Assembly (NCBI GenBank): GCA_038496445.1
Contig: JALMLS010000377.1
Span: forward strand, 62,001-126,000
DNA from: Trichosphaerium sp. ATCC 40318
Lineage: Eukaryota; Protista; Tubulinea
Reading direction: 5' to 3'
Length of the DNA stretch: 64,000 bases
Shown: positions 63,101-64,000 of the stretch, piece after piece
Position numbering within the stretch: the first letter of the stretch is position 1
How the letters are laid out: each line of letters starts with the position of its first letter
Program-made: the position numbers and the translations under genes
The notes under the pieces: model-generated
Databases searched by the model: none
Told to the model about the DNA's origin: nothing
Seen by the model: only the letters and a program-made list of their open reading frames with translations

Positions 63101-64000
63101 TTATCGTAGGCATGCTCAATTTCGCTTGGCTTATGTGAATCACCTTGTGGAGGCTTTTCAGAGCACACAGAGCCTAGTACAGAGTCAACAAATGTTTTAA
63201 GAATTAATCAGAAAAGGGGAGAATTGTACTTTGCTCCCAATGAATCACTTTGTGGCCTCTTACGAAATGTTTTTCGAACCTGTCTCCTTCTGTTGTTGTC
63301 GGAGGCTCCTGTATAACATTTAGCGCATAAAACTGTTCATGAGAATAACGTACTTTACCAACAGCGTAAATAACTTGAAACGTAGTATCAAAGGAGTTAT
63401 CTTGGCTTTCAGAAGCATTGTAAGGTTGCGTAAACGCGAAACCAAAGCCATTATCTGGGTGTTCCCAAGCGTTAAAAACATCAAGATTTTGGCTAGTACT
63501 TGTTAATAAGGGTGTGCAGTACATAATAACCCGACATGTTTTTAATCATAAAATTAGCACTTACACTGCGTCTTTTGTGGGGATAGATTGTTGAGTTGCA
63601 TAATAGTCATAGGCGTATAGGCTGCCATTGTTTATGAAGCCCACATAAACGTCAGAACCTATTCAGTTGTCAACGTTTGTAGTTTTTTTTTTCTGCCAAT
63701 TGGGTTACCCGTGAGGCTATCAGTGAGCCTGTTGTCCATAGTTCCATCTTTTGAGAACCCAATACCGATCCAACCAGTTGTTTTTGCTTCAACAGCAATC
63801 TGAATATCGTTCTCGCCTAACGACCACCATAACCTGTAGTCTACACCTGTCGAATCATCTAAAAGCGGTTACTTTTTGCATCTTGGTATTTAGTATCGCA
63901 CCTGTCAACCAAACGCACTCTGCAAGCCCCGAAAACGGTGTACCGTTGCTAAGCTCAAATTTGGCGCAAAGCGTCGGTACAACGCATACAATTATGGCTA
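60128..64000 (-). CDS. DOMON-DOMON-cytochrome b561-copper type II (DBH/MOXD1-like) monooxygenase fusion; 5' end outside the window
   Basis: Two DOMONs (GWIGIGFS..GTM..SD and GWVAIGFS..DM..SD, each with a distal KH); b561 histidines (IHG, WIHV, PHE, IIHW); Cu ligand motifs VHHM, LQIHYDNP, IHAH, GTNQEMC; continuous frame across short introns. Confidence 0.85.

Noticed and set aside
1-64000. Alternative genetic code or stop-codon reassignment to explain fragmented ORFs
   Set aside because: In the genes I rebuilt, stops fall inside short GT/GC-AG introns and spliced frames are open in the standard code.

Overview
Gene-dense, AT-rich nuclear DNA of a eukaryote, most likely an amoebozoan (clear cortexillin orthologue). 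It uses the standard genetic code and very short spliceosomal introns (mostly about 40-55 nt; dominant donor GTACG, several GC-AG). The six-frame ORF track is therefore mostly exon fragments, and I rebuilt about 30 spliced gene models by hand, so boundaries are approximate. No rRNA, tRNA, CRISPR or transposase was seen. Most unusual features: (1) a predicted 435-nt GC-AG intron (34617-35051) holding two 100%-identical 80-nt GTACGT...TTAG units, each closed by its own different stem, with competing alternative pairings and a third long hairpin; (2) two paralogous Trp-rich ~70-aa tandem-repeat proteins ending in a RAP/Vsr-like PD-(D/E)XK domain, one with a mitochondrial-type presequence and the same three intron positions in each repeat; (3) a DOMON-DOMON-cytochrome b561-copper monooxygenase fusion; (4) an F-box-like/MORN_2 repeat family including a pseudogene; (5) a RING/C2H2 gene whose frame changes just after an A_AAA_AAC slippery heptamer; (6) a RhoGAP-EDR1-pseudokinase.
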